Of a stretch of DNA of 64,000 nucleotides, positions 31,185-41,684 are shown in pieces. This DNA is from an uncultured cyanobacterium (GTDB lineage Bacteria; Cyanobacteriota; Cyanobacteriia; Cyanobacteriales; Nostocaceae), in the NCBI GenBank assembly GCA_963740315.1, contig CAVUDP010000002.1, forward strand, positions 1,024,001 to 1,088,000. The letters run 5' to 3'. The stretch's first letter is position 1, and the number at the start of each line of letters is the position of its first letter. A program made the position numbers and the translations under genes. The notes beneath the pieces were generated by a model, which was not told the origin of the DNA, did not search any database, and saw only the letters and a program-made list of their open reading frames with translations.

Positions 31185-32126
31185 TCATCGATTGGGAGTG
31201 GGAAAAGGCTGTCCGAAATCAACTACCCCAGGGTTGGGAGAATTTATTGAATTATTGAGTGGATTAATTGCTGGAAGATTATATAGTGGCGCTGGGAACA
31301 AGGATGGGGAAGAATTGATTCCTGATGGTGAAGGAAATGTTGCAGGTGGAAGAACTGTATTTTCGATTTGTGGCAATGGGTTGCCGTATGTAATTGGTGG
31401 TACTGTTACAGTCGGCTGCTGTATATTTCCATTATTTCTATAATTTCCATTATCAATAGGCGTTAGTGGTAATGGTGCCTTCAAAGGTGACTGCGTACTT
31501 ACCCTCGGTAAACCTTGTGATGGATCGTACAATGCACCGGGCGGAAGATTATCTGGTATTTGCTGGGTTGGAACAAACCCTGTTGGCTGTGGAGTGTAGA
31601 AATTGCTTGGTGATGGAGAACCCGGTGGTAATTCACCTCCAACAGATGAATATCCTGGCGGCGAAAAATTGCCATTGCTTGCGATTAAAGGACGAAACAC
31701 CCAACGGGTAGGATTTTCCCAAGATGCGGGTTGCAATTGTACTCGATCGCGGTCAAAAAAGGTTCCCGGCGCTAAATCCATCACAATACGAGTTACGTCC
31801 TCATTTAACTGAGAAACGCGAATTCTCTGAATTGCTCCGCTGTAATTTTGTTGAGTAGGAACGTAGCCCAATTTAGTATCGGGCAAATCTACAACAATGC
31901 GAGGAGGCTGAGAAAGGTAAAAATACTGAGGGCGAGAAGGTGCTGAAAGAGAAATTTCCAACTGCGAACCTTGGGGAGAAAATCGCCAATCTTCTAATTT
32001 TCCTGTTGGTGCGGCGATACTGCTATTGGTATCGAAAGCAACTGCTGCGTACAAGCTGAACAAGCTAACACGAATCAATCGCTTGCACCAAGAGACAAGT
32101 TGTCTATTATTGAATCGCTTATCCAT
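31185..32126 (-). CDS. AMIN-domain exported protein with Pro-rich C-terminus
   Basis: Signal-like N-terminus; PPRIVVDLPDT...IRVSQ...TRIVMDL. Confidence 0.8.
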   Translation of the reverse strand: MDKRFNNRQLVSWCKRLIRVSLFSLYAAVAFDTNSSIAAPTGKLEDWRFSPQGSQLEISLSAPSRPQYFYLSQPPRIVVDLPDTKLGYVPTQQNYSGAIQRIRVSQLNEDVTRIVMDLAPGTFFDRDRVQLQPASWENPTRWVFRPLIASNGNFSPPGYSSVGGELPPGSPSPSNFYTPQPTGFVPTQQIPDNLPPGALYDPSQGLPRVSTQSPLKAPLPLTPIDNGNYRNNGNIQQPTVTVPPITYGNPLPQIENTVLPPATFPSPSGINSSPSLFPAPLYNLPAINPLNNSINSPNPGVVDFGQPFPTPNR

Positions 32127-32671
32127 TATTTTTATCCTTCATAGGTTGAGCCACATTTTGCTTCTTAATTGATAATTGCTTAAAGCTAAAAGCTGATGAA
32201 GTTATTATCAATTAGGAACTAACTTTTAGCAATAATTTGTTTCGGCATATAAGATTATCGCCATCGCATCTGAATAATACGGAAAATGTTCACCTGATGT
32301 TCAAGATTTTACTGTTATTTGTAACATTCAAACTCGAAATCGGAAATGGTATTTGCTAGCTTATATTTATTTATAATTCTTGTATTAATTGTTACCTGGG
32401 TAACATAATGCCAAAATGATATTTATTAATAAGCTTCAAAGACGCTTTCAAAATTTTAAGTATTACTTCAAGAAGATGTATTCTCGCGGCAATCATTCCG
32501 AACCTTTGATGCGATCGAACGTTCTTGCATATAAAGAAGCAGGTTAATTTTTATTGGTTAATTTTTATCGCACCCAGTTAAAAACCGCTATATTAATTAC
32601 ATTTTTGCAAAAAAAATGTAGATACTTCCGCAATTACTAAGTCTCTACAAGTTTATTAATTAAAAATAATT

Positions 32672-33106
32672 TCACAGCCATTGTCCGCCGAAAAAGCGCC
32701 AGCGGACGAAAAGAACCCGCATTATGCTTTGAGAAGCAATGAAAACCGCTAGCCAAACGGTAGCGTAGTGTAGAAAAACCCAAAAGAAAGGTAATTCTTC
32801 TTTTGGAATAGGTATTGGTAAAAACCCGAAAAATTTGACTCCACAAACTATAAATATAAATTCCCAAATACCGGCAAATAATTGGAGAACTGCGGACCAA
32901 TCTCTATCCCAACGATACTTTTGTATTTGGTCGTATGCTACATCCCAACCCAAGCCAAAAATCGCAACATAAAAAAGTATCCAGAAATATACATAACTTG
33001 GCGGTGAACCAATCAAACCGATCGCAAATGGTAGGCTAACAAATAAACCTACTGTAAAAAGTAATAATAAACGAGTTTGCCAGCGACCGAATAAAGTTGG
33101 AGTCAT
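32672..33106 (-). CDS. Conserved hypothetical membrane protein (4 TM)
   Basis: MTPTLFGRWQTR, RWDRDW, hydrophobic helices. Confidence 0.75.
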   Translation of the reverse strand: MTPTLFGRWQTRLLLLFTVGLFVSLPFAIGLIGSPPSYVYFWILFYVAIFGLGWDVAYDQIQKYRWDRDWSAVLQLFAGIWEFIFIVCGVKFFGFLPIPIPKEELPFFWVFLHYATVWLAVFIASQSIMRVLFVRWRFFGGQWL

Positions 33107-33147
33107 AGAATTTTGGATTTTAGATTTTAGATTTTAGATTAGGAGTT

Positions 33148-33176
33148 GTAGAGACGTAGCACTGCTACGTCTGTAC
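33148..33176. repeat. GTAG-type REP-like palindrome
   Basis: GTAGAGACGTAGCACTGCTACGTCTGTAC, near-identical to the 1865 copy. Confidence 0.8.
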
Positions 33177-33338
33177 GGGAGTTAGCAACTGTTCCCTGTT
33201 CCCTATTTCCATTTTGATAACATAACAAGCACGGGTATAACCAAAAAATATTGAAAAACGCCATTCATATTGAACGATTCAATACGCTTGTGGCGTTTTA
33301 GAGAAGAAGTTATTTCTTAGAAAAGATTTGTAAAGTTT

Positions 33339-34058
33339 TTATGAACTTAGGCGGTAGCGATCGCTAGAATTAAAGCGAGCAATTGCTTCCCAGTTGATTA
33401 CGGTTTCTAATAAGGTTTGATAGCCTAGTGTATTGGGATGAAGTCCATCGCTACTCAAACGCTTAACTCTCCAAGTTTCAGGTTGCTGCATCCATTTGTC
33501 GAATACATCTAGATACGGTATTCCCTGTTTTCGACAAGCAATTTTAGTCGCTTCTTTGTAACGATATTGGTCGTCGTGGTTATAGTACAAGCAATTGAGA
33601 AATGGCATTTTCGCCTCATCCACTGGTACCATACCCACAAATAGCACGGGACAAAGTTGTTGTGCTTGTTGTACTAAAGAAGTAAGCTGCTGTTCAAAAT
33701 TTGCAAAATCGGTGTAATTCTTACCGTCAGGACGACCCACACGGGCTGAATCATTTACTCCTACCGATAATATAATTATGTCAGGAACGCGATTTCGTAA
33801 CTCTCCCCGATGACGAAATTCAACTTCTAGCCTTTTTGCTACTTGTCCGGTGCGATCGCCGCGTACACCTAAGTTATAAAGAACGTGACCTGGGCTTTCG
33901 GGTAACATCCAAGTTCGGCGCAATCTTTCCACCCAGCCACCTCCGTCCGGGTCGCCAAATCCGTAAACTAAACTATCCCCTAGTGCGACAATCTTTAAAG
34001 GTTGAGTGCTATTTGGTACTAAAGATAGCTGCATTGAAGGAGCTACAAATGTTTGCAT
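33339..34058 (-). CDS. SGNH/GDSL hydrolase
   Basis: GDSL, GVND and DGLHPN blocks. Confidence 0.92.
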   Translation of the reverse strand: MQTFVAPSMQLSLVPNSTQPLKIVALGDSLVYGFGDPDGGGWVERLRRTWMLPESPGHVLYNLGVRGDRTGQVAKRLEVEFRHRGELRNRVPDIIILSVGVNDSARVGRPDGKNYTDFANFEQQLTSLVQQAQQLCPVLFVGMVPVDEAKMPFLNCLYYNHDDQYRYKEATKIACRKQGIPYLDVFDKWMQQPETWRVKRLSSDGLHPNTLGYQTLLETVINWEAIARFNSSDRYRLSS

Positions 34059-34556
34059 TTGAAAAGACTATATTTTATATCTTTAAAAGATTCTATACAT
34101 TTCTACACCATTTAAGGATGTTTTATTTGTTTTTTTTTAAATAATTGCAATTTTTTAGAAGATTTGTTGCGATAAATACCCTTTTGTTGAAAGATTATAT
34201 ATACGAAACTAAATATTTTCTTCTTTGTCTGCGATCGATAAGATAAATTGCAGGTGAACATAACTTGAGTTAAAGTAAATGCATACAAGCTGAATTTTCA
34301 CTATAAAATTTTACTAAAATAGTTTAAAAAGCTTTCGGATAATACGTATAAAGCCAAGTATATCAAGATTAGCGTTAGAAAAAAGGCTCAATGGGTCAAT
34401 TGAGCCTTCAAAAACGTCGTAAGTGGGATGTCTAGTGATTCCGTTGATTATTATTTCCATAAACAGCACTAATATTCAAGTCAATCGAGCTACATTTTGC
34501 GATCGATGAACAATTGGTAGTAGCTGGTAACTGGTAACTGGTAACTGCTCACTAAT

Positions 34557-36524
34557 TTAAGGTGATTGATTTGACACCCACTTTAACCATTGTCTGAAGG
34601 AAGAAAAAAGATTTAATCGATGTACTCCGGGGGCGCGAGCGGTTGCTAATCCATCTACGGTTCGTAAAGCGGAATATTGCAAACCAAGAAAGCTATCTAC
34701 TGCTGCATAAGGTCCACCTAGAGTAATTGCACCCGCAGCATACATTTTACCTTTGCCGTTACGCATTTCTACTAGCTCAAAATCGTTCGCTACGACTAAT
34801 CTTGATAAGTGATTCAAGGGCAAACTATAACGTTCAACTAAGTCTTCTAGTAATGGAGTTGCCTGGACTTTAGCGTCTAAGCCAGTTGCATCTACAATAA
34901 AGTCTGCATTAATGGTAATTTGCCCATTAGAACTCTTTTCTTTAATGCGGGTAAGAGTTCCATATTGAGCATCTTGTTCTACACTTTGCACTTCACCGAA
35001 TTCAATTTTATACCAACCATCTCGCAAGCTTTCTTCGGTAATGCGCTGCCAATCTTGACGATCTGCGGTGGTTGTACCTCCCCAATCTGCTAACAAGCTT
35101 TTACGCTCGTCGGGACTGGCATTTTCTAACATTACCCGTAACTCGCCACCCCAACAAGCTTTGGGCCAGTTAAACGGCTGAAATTCAAAATGATGCTTCA
35201 CCATTCGCTGGGTTTTACCGAATTTATTACCCTGCGGTTTTGGCGATCGCATTAAATGCAAAACTGTAATATTGGGATTCTTCTTACGTGCTTCATAAAT
35301 CCGCTGAATGATGCGAGAAGCCACAATACCGCGTCCTCGAATCAATATCTTGCCACCTTGACGTTCTAACTGCTCGTAAACGTGAGTATGGTCTTCATAA
35401 GCATTAACTACAGATTTAAAATCGCGATATTTCTCGCGATAAGCCTGCAAATCTGGTAAAAACTGAATTGCTGGATAACCCGTTGCTAAATGTAGAAAAC
35501 GAGCCACGTAAAAAGCATAGTCTCCTCTGCCGCGAGAATAAGCCACGCAATATCTACCATCATCGGTTTTACGAATCGCTCGTATTCTTCCATAACGATA
35601 GATTTGCTCCCAACCGATACGCTGTACTTCCCTTTCTATAGAATCAAAAACATTATTGGCACGGGGAGTATAAGTTTCAGCATAATCCGGTTCCGCAAAC
35701 ACCTTCCATAGATACTTGAACGAATCACTTAACCTTCCCTTACCAAAATCTCGCCAAGCTTCTCGCAAAGCATAACTAGGGAAACCCCAGATATTATCGG
35801 GACATGAATCAGAATTAGAACGCAATCTTTCATGTAAAGGTATTTGCGAATTCAAGCACAACCGCTTATACCGAGCGAATGGTTGTTTATCTAAACCCAA
35901 AGCGATAATTTTTTCGCTATTAACACCATACATTCTCAGTAAATCTACCCAAATATAACTTCCCAAACCTGCTCCCAAAGCCAAATAATCGGTTTCATCT
36001 ACTGGCAAACCAGTAGCGTGAAGTGCTTGTACCGGAACTTTTTCCTCTCGAAAAATTGGTGGTGGGAAACTCGAAGCGCGAGGTGTTACTGCTGGTGGAG
36101 GTAAAGTCGCGTCGGGTAAATTAGTGGCGGGATTAAATTGAATCGTGGAATTAGTTGATGTGGGCGCAGATATTGGTGCGGGTGTATTTAAAGTGAAAGA
36201 AAGAGTAATTTCGTAAGGACCAATTTTTAAAGTATCGCCACTATTAATAACGCTACGTTTCTGAAGATTAGCATTAACATAAATACCATTAACGCTATTT
36301 TGGTCAATTACCATTAATTGGTTTTGTTCCCAATCGATCAACGCATGATATCGAGAAACTTCACTACTATCAAGCAGCATTCGCGCAACCCGTTGTCCGC
36401 CAAGTTCAGCAGGCATTTGAGAAAATTCTCTACCAAAAGCAATAGGTACCGTTAAACTTGGTTCTCGTAATTCTCCCGTTGCTGGATCTTCCCAGCTTAA
36501 ATGAATTTCTAAATTATTTGTCAT
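34557..36524 (-). CDS. FHA domain fused to a putative FAD/NAD(P)-dependent oxidoreductase
   Basis: FHA GR...SRYHA...SVNGIYVN; GAGLGS, LATGY, GRGIVA, DATG. Confidence 0.75.
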   Translation of the reverse strand: MTNNLEIHLSWEDPATGELREPSLTVPIAFGREFSQMPAELGGQRVARMLLDSSEVSRYHALIDWEQNQLMVIDQNSVNGIYVNANLQKRSVINSGDTLKIGPYEITLSFTLNTPAPISAPTSTNSTIQFNPATNLPDATLPPPAVTPRASSFPPPIFREEKVPVQALHATGLPVDETDYLALGAGLGSYIWVDLLRMYGVNSEKIIALGLDKQPFARYKRLCLNSQIPLHERLRSNSDSCPDNIWGFPSYALREAWRDFGKGRLSDSFKYLWKVFAEPDYAETYTPRANNVFDSIEREVQRIGWEQIYRYGRIRAIRKTDDGRYCVAYSRGRGDYAFYVARFLHLATGYPAIQFLPDLQAYREKYRDFKSVVNAYEDHTHVYEQLERQGGKILIRGRGIVASRIIQRIYEARKKNPNITVLHLMRSPKPQGNKFGKTQRMVKHHFEFQPFNWPKACWGGELRVMLENASPDERKSLLADWGGTTTADRQDWQRITEESLRDGWYKIEFGEVQSVEQDAQYGTLTRIKEKSSNGQITINADFIVDATGLDAKVQATPLLEDLVERYSLPLNHLSRLVVANDFELVEMRNGKGKMYAAGAITLGGPYAAVDSFLGLQYSALRTVDGLATARAPGVHRLNLFSSFRQWLKWVSNQSP

Positions 36525-36622
36525 ATATTTATTTTGATTAGTAGTTAGTAATTAGTAGTTAATCAATAATTGTTCATTGTTCATTGATAACTGCTTACTT
36601 TTCATTTGTCATTGTTAACTGC

Positions 36623-37207
36623 TCACCGATCGCCATCCGGTGCAACTAAAACACTTATCGCCGCAGCCAAAGAAGTACCGCACCAAGGACAACCAACTTG
36701 TATATGCTCGATAGAACATAATTTATGACAATTCGGGCATTGCAAACTATAAGCACTTTTTGGTAAAGGTACAGTTGATGAAGCCGATTTTAATGGTGGA
36801 GCAGGAGTTGCTGGTTGATTATTTCGATCTGGTTTTGGCGGTTCCAAAATAGTTGCCGGGAAACTATTAACTTGCGGAATACTAATATTAATAACTTTCA
36901 ATTCCATTTGCCCCAAACAGAGAATGCTGCCTTCATTCAAAAGCGCATCTCCTCGGACTAATTGATTTCCATCCACTAAAGGAGGATTTTTTTCTCTTAA
37001 ACTGCGAATATAAAACCGTTTTTCTTGAGAATTAAAAAATATTTCAACGTGTAAACCCGATACGGTAGGATGACTCAAGATAATATCGCATCGTAAAGGA
37101 TCGCGACCAATACGAACAGTACCAGGATTCTTACTAGGCTGCTGCTCGTAAATTATCTGAGTTTTTTCTTGACCTGCATCGTGCCACTGTAAAGTTAGTG
37201 AATTCAT
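36623..37207 (-). CDS. FHA domain protein with C-terminal zinc ribbon
   Basis: IGRD...VSGLH...NP; CPNC-x10-CPWC. Confidence 0.8.
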   Translation of the reverse strand: MNSLTLQWHDAGQEKTQIIYEQQPSKNPGTVRIGRDPLRCDIILSHPTVSGLHVEIFFNSQEKRFYIRSLREKNPPLVDGNQLVRGDALLNEGSILCLGQMELKVINISIPQVNSFPATILEPPKPDRNNQPATPAPPLKSASSTVPLPKSAYSLQCPNCHKLCSIEHIQVGCPWCGTSLAAAISVLVAPDGDR

Positions 37208-37510
37208 TACATTAATAAGCTGCGAGCTTCTCCCTAACTAAGCAACTTCAATCATTGTCTGTGCGATTCCTAACATGAGCAAGTACAAGCAATCAAGTAT
37301 GATGGGAAAAACTTAAGATAAATCAGGTTAAAGGTTAGGAGTAGGCAGTAGGCAGTAGGGAGTAGGCAGTAGGAAGTAGCGAGTTAGGAGTTGGGAGTTA
37401 GGAGTACTTCGACAAGCTCAGTAACCTTATTGAGTTAGGAGTTAATTAGTTGTATAAATCTTCCCCCCATCTCCCCATCTCCCCCTCTCCCCATCTCCCC
37501 CTCTCCCCCT

Positions 37511-38176
37511 TCATCTCGCAGAAGCCAATTTATCAGCAATCCTGGTAGTTTCGGGTAAACGATATTTCGGGGTACAGCGCAATACATAATCGATCGCTGT
37601 TGGTAAACTAATCCGATGTCCGCTAGAAACGTATACTGGTTTTACATTAGAACGAGTACGTAAAACTGCTCCTATAGTTTCATTTTTATGTATTAAAGGC
37701 TGCCAGCTTCCTTTTTCTTGAGAAACTTCTTTATAATCACCTATCAACCAAGATTTCGCCACACCAATGGTAGGCATATCAAGGATTACACCCAAATGAC
37801 AAGCAATTCCCATTCTCCGAGGATGTGCCAGTCCTTGACCGTCGCACAATATGATATCTGGTATCGTATTTATCTTTTGTAGCGCATCTAATACGGCTGG
37901 AATTTCACGAAATGATAGAAAACCAGGAATGTATGGGAAAGAAGTCGGACGTTTAGCTATACTTTGTTCTTGTAGCTGTAAATCTGGAAAACTCAACACC
38001 GCTACCGCAGCACGGCTGGTTTTTCCATTATCTTCAAAACCCATATCCACACCAGCAACGTATTTAACTGGTTGTTTGAATTTATCTTCGGTAATAACTT
38101 CTTTTTGTAATTCTTCCTGGATGACTTTCGCTTCTGATGTGGTTAAATTCCAATCATGACGTTGTTTTATTTGCAT
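37511..38176 (-). CDS. nfi: Endonuclease V
   Basis: AGVD, PYIPGFLSFRE, DGQGLAHPRR, GVAKS. Confidence 0.95.
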   Translation of the reverse strand: MQIKQRHDWNLTTSEAKVIQEELQKEVITEDKFKQPVKYVAGVDMGFEDNGKTSRAAVAVLSFPDLQLQEQSIAKRPTSFPYIPGFLSFREIPAVLDALQKINTIPDIILCDGQGLAHPRRMGIACHLGVILDMPTIGVAKSWLIGDYKEVSQEKGSWQPLIHKNETIGAVLRTRSNVKPVYVSSGHRISLPTAIDYVLRCTPKYRLPETTRIADKLASAR

Positions 38177-38321
38177 ATTTTTATTTATACTTTCAAAGCA
38201 ATTGTCTATAATTTATCCCGGCAACCATCAAATATGAATGTAGAGACTATTATTTTACGTCTCATTTTACGTCTATAGTAATTATGGTTTTTATCCAAAA
38301 TTGCTGGGAGTTGCCCATAAA

Positions 38322-38355
38322 AAGCCCCCCTTTTATAAGGGGGGTTGGGGGGATC
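38322..38355. repeat. Cyanobacterial CCCCCCTT...AAGGGGGG dispersed repeat
   Basis: CCCCCCTTTTATAAGGGGGGTTGGGGGGATC. Confidence 0.6.
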
Positions 38356-38412
38356 GGCATATTGCAGGTTGCGATCGGTAATTACCAATTATCCATTACC
38401 AATCATCAAAAT

Positions 38413-39480
38413 TCACTTCACCCCAACAAAATTAGGCACTAAAGAATTTAACCAATTATCAATAGTGCGATCGCATAAATCATTTAAAGAAACTACTTGT
38501 TCGACTCGATTAAAATTCATCTGCATCGATTTACGATAAGTTGGATCGTAATGTGATTCCAACATATCTTTTACAAATGATTCCCAATCTTGATTATTTA
38601 TCATCTGATACCATTGACTGATTTTTTTCCATCCACAGCTAGATTTTAATTTTTCTAACTTTGTTTTGAGAATTTCAGGATTATTTATCAAATGTGGATA
38701 TTCTTGTAACAAAAATTGGACTCTAGCATCAAGCGGTAAATCAATTTCTACACAGCTAGATTGCTTCATTTCCTTCCATAAAGATTCAGGTAAATGAACT
38801 TGCCCTATTTTGGTACTTTCTGATTCTACCCATACAGTGCGATCGGGGTTGAAGCTTTGCAGTGCTTGCAACAATTTAGTGTCAAAATATTTTTGCGTAG
38901 GCTGAGGTTCCGGTTTTCCTTGCCATTCTTCACCCAACAATGAACCGCGATGATTTGCTAAAGCTTCCAAATCTAAGACTTGAAAACCTTGTTGACGCAT
39001 CTTTCCTAAAATATGCGTTTTTCCACTACCAGTTAAACCACATAATATTTTGTAATTTAATTGTTGCGGTAAAGAATCTAATTCTTGACGTACATAATTT
39101 CGATAAGTTTTATAACCGCCTTCAAGTAAAGTTACTCGCCAACCAATTTGAGATAGTACTGTAGCTAAACTAGCAGAACGTTGACCGCCGCGCCAACAGT
39201 AAATTAAAGGCTGATAATCTTTCTCTTTGTTAGCGAAGTGTTCGTTTAAGTGTTTAGAAATATTTTTTGATACTATTGCTGCCCCTATTTTCCGAGCTTG
39301 AAAGGGCGAGAATTGCTTGTATATCGTTCCGACTTCAGCGCGTTCGGCATCATTTAAAACCGGCAAATTAATTGCACCGGGGATTCTATCTTCTGCAAAC
39401 TCGCTACTTGAACGAACATCGATTATTTCACTATAAGTTTCCTTATATGGTTCTTTAGTGTATTTTAGCGAAGCAGCCAT
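38413..39480 (-). CDS. mnmH: tRNA 2-selenouridine synthase
   Basis: Rhodanese YCWRGGQRS, P-loop GLTGSGKT, DLEALANHRGS. Confidence 0.93.
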   Translation of the reverse strand: MAASLKYTKEPYKETYSEIIDVRSSSEFAEDRIPGAINLPVLNDAERAEVGTIYKQFSPFQARKIGAAIVSKNISKHLNEHFANKEKDYQPLIYCWRGGQRSASLATVLSQIGWRVTLLEGGYKTYRNYVRQELDSLPQQLNYKILCGLTGSGKTHILGKMRQQGFQVLDLEALANHRGSLLGEEWQGKPEPQPTQKYFDTKLLQALQSFNPDRTVWVESESTKIGQVHLPESLWKEMKQSSCVEIDLPLDARVQFLLQEYPHLINNPEILKTKLEKLKSSCGWKKISQWYQMINNQDWESFVKDMLESHYDPTYRKSMQMNFNRVEQVVSLNDLCDRTIDNWLNSLVPNFVGVK

Positions 39481-39859
39481 TGCAATCAAACTCTATTTTT
39501 TCAATTATGACATTCTCGAAAAGACGTGAGACTATGCGATCGAAGCAATTTTTATCAAAAGAGGACGTATTTGAAAACCACTTTACCTTACATCAAGCTA
39601 GTTGCTTGATAAATTTTTTTAAAATATCTCCTTATTGAGACTTGAGAAGCTGTATGCTTTTATGCAAAGATGAGCTTTTGAATTGATTGACAAGCAGCCG
39701 AAGATGCCCAAAAAATTACTGTTTTTGTTTTTTATAGAGGCAAGCTGGATACATTTGAAATAAGCTTTTGCTGTGCTTGCTTATACAGATAATGTTCTAT
39801 TTTTTTCCGTATTCAGGGCATCTGCCATTTACATAAATTAATAAAGGTGAGTATTCCTG

Positions 39860-40948
39860 ATGAAACGAATGCGATCGTTGCCCGTATGGATTCCCTATCC
39901 GAATGCTTGGTTAAGCGCTTTGATGTTGTCCGTGTTGATGGGTGCATTTTTAAGTATCCTCAGACAATATGCGGATTCACTTTCCAATTTACCCAAATGG
40001 TCAAACGCCCCCGAACAATTGACCGTCATTGTTATTTTATTATTAATCTTACCTATACCAGCGATCGCACTTTTTCATCATTTATTTCTCAGTCGTTTTA
40101 TGTCTCCGATTCCAGGAGAAAGAATAAACGCGACTTCCGGATTTTTCCCCGGATTAATTAGCTGGTGGGAAAGTTTGTATAGCTGGTTGGTAATTGTCTT
40201 ATCTACACTGATAGCAACCTTAATTTGTACGCCTTTTTTACCATTATTTCAGCTTAATTACACAAAAGTAATTGCGACATACGCAGAAAATCCCAGCAAT
40301 TTAAGATTAGCATTTGCTGCTATATGGATTTTATGCGCCGCTATATTTTATCAAGTTGCATATTTATTCAAAACCCGTCTTGTTTTGGGCGATAGTATAG
40401 ATGAAATAGATACCAAGCATAAATCAAAGCAAAGTGATATTGAAGAAGACGAAACCATTTCAACAACCGTAGTAACTCCAAACGATACAACTAAAAAAAC
40501 TTCGGATGACTCTACTGTTGTAGTTAATAAAAAATCATCAAAGACATTTTTAAATATTTTTGTTCTCAGCTTAGTTGGTGCATGGATGTATATGTTTTTC
40601 ACCTTACCAGACGTTCAACAAAGTATATCCGATGGTAATTTTGCAGAACAAATTCAAAAAAGAATTAGCTCCGAAACTAAACTAGTTAATAATCAAGTTA
40701 CTAAATTATCAAATCAAGGTAGCTCATTTGGCGAAGCATTGACACTTGCTAACAGTGCCGCACAAACAGAAGAATTTGCAACCACAAAAGAAGATTGGAA
40801 CAAAGTCGCAGGTAAATGGAAAGCAGCAATGATATTAATGCAAACCGTACCACCAGAAAACGCTAATTTTATAGTTGCCGAACAAAAAATCGGAGAATAT
40901 CAGGAAAAGTTAGATGCAGCAGAGAAACAAGCTGTTAAGGCTGAATAA
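39860..40948 (+). CDS. Hypothetical multi-pass membrane protein with C-terminal helical domain
   Basis: WIPYPNAWL and SWWESLYSWL motifs; paralog of 41685..42245. Confidence 0.75.
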   Translation: MKRMRSLPVWIPYPNAWLSALMLSVLMGAFLSILRQYADSLSNLPKWSNAPEQLTVIVILLLILPIPAIALFHHLFLSRFMSPIPGERINATSGFFPGLISWWESLYSWLVIVLSTLIATLICTPFLPLFQLNYTKVIATYAENPSNLRLAFAAIWILCAAIFYQVAYLFKTRLVLGDSIDEIDTKHKSKQSDIEEDETISTTVVTPNDTTKKTSDDSTVVVNKKSSKTFLNIFVLSLVGAWMYMFFTLPDVQQSISDGNFAEQIQKRISSETKLVNNQVTKLSNQGSSFGEALTLANSAAQTEEFATTKEDWNKVAGKWKAAMILMQTVPPENANFIVAEQKIGEYQEKLDAAEKQAVKAE

Positions 40949-41060
40949 TTTGCGATCGTACTCCCTTCCCGGCTTTATGATTAGCGGCGTTGAGTGAGGG
41001 GGAAGAGGGGGAAGAGGGGGAAGAGGGGGAAGAAATTTTATAGGTAATCTGATAATCGAA

Positions 41061-41307
41061 ACGGGAGTAGTTATTTTGTAGTGCGAACCGGAATGCTCGC
41101 TGGCGCTCTCGATCGAGACGAGAGTAGTTGTTTTGTAGTGTGAACCGGAATGCTTGCTGGCGCTTCCGAGCAAGACGGGAGTAGTTGTTTTTTGTAGTGT
41201 GAACCGGAATGCTTGCTGGCGCTTCCGAGCAAGACGGGAGTAGTTGTTTTGTAGTGTGAACCGGAATGCTTGCTGGCGCTCTCGATCGAGCAAGATGCTC
41301 GCACTAC
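41061..41307. repeat. Tandem array of four ~57-bp REP-derived units
   Basis: Units ACGRGAGTAGTTRT(n)GTAGTGYGAACCGGAATGCTYGCTGGCGCT.. start at 41061, 41118, 41175 and 41234. Confidence 0.9.
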
Positions 41308-41684
41308 CTGCGGATTTTTCAATAATTGGGATGTTCCTAATACAGCCCGTTTTAATTATCAATTTTACCTTTTTTGATAGATCGGGACTTACGATATTGT
41401 CACAAATGGTTGATGGTGCGTGACGCTACAAACGTTATTGCTACGTTCAAACGAGATAAATGCGTCACACACCCTACAAAATGTGCCTTTTTGCTAAGTC
41501 GTAAGATAACAAATTAATATAAATTTAGAATATTTACCCAAGTATATTTACTTAAATATCGGTAATTGCTGAAAAATTGTAAATAACGTTAGCTTTGTCT
41601 TTTGAATGGGAAAAATATAACTAGAAGAGTATTTTTTATAAATCCTCATCTACCAATCAAAGCAGCGGCTAATATACTTTTCTC

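Noticed and set aside
41061..41307. Possible CRISPR array
   Set aside because: Units are near-identical along their whole length with no unique spacers, and there are no cas genes in the window
40910..41362. Minus-strand ORFs of 150 and 83 aa
   Set aside because: They are translations of the tandem array and GGGGAAGAG repeats
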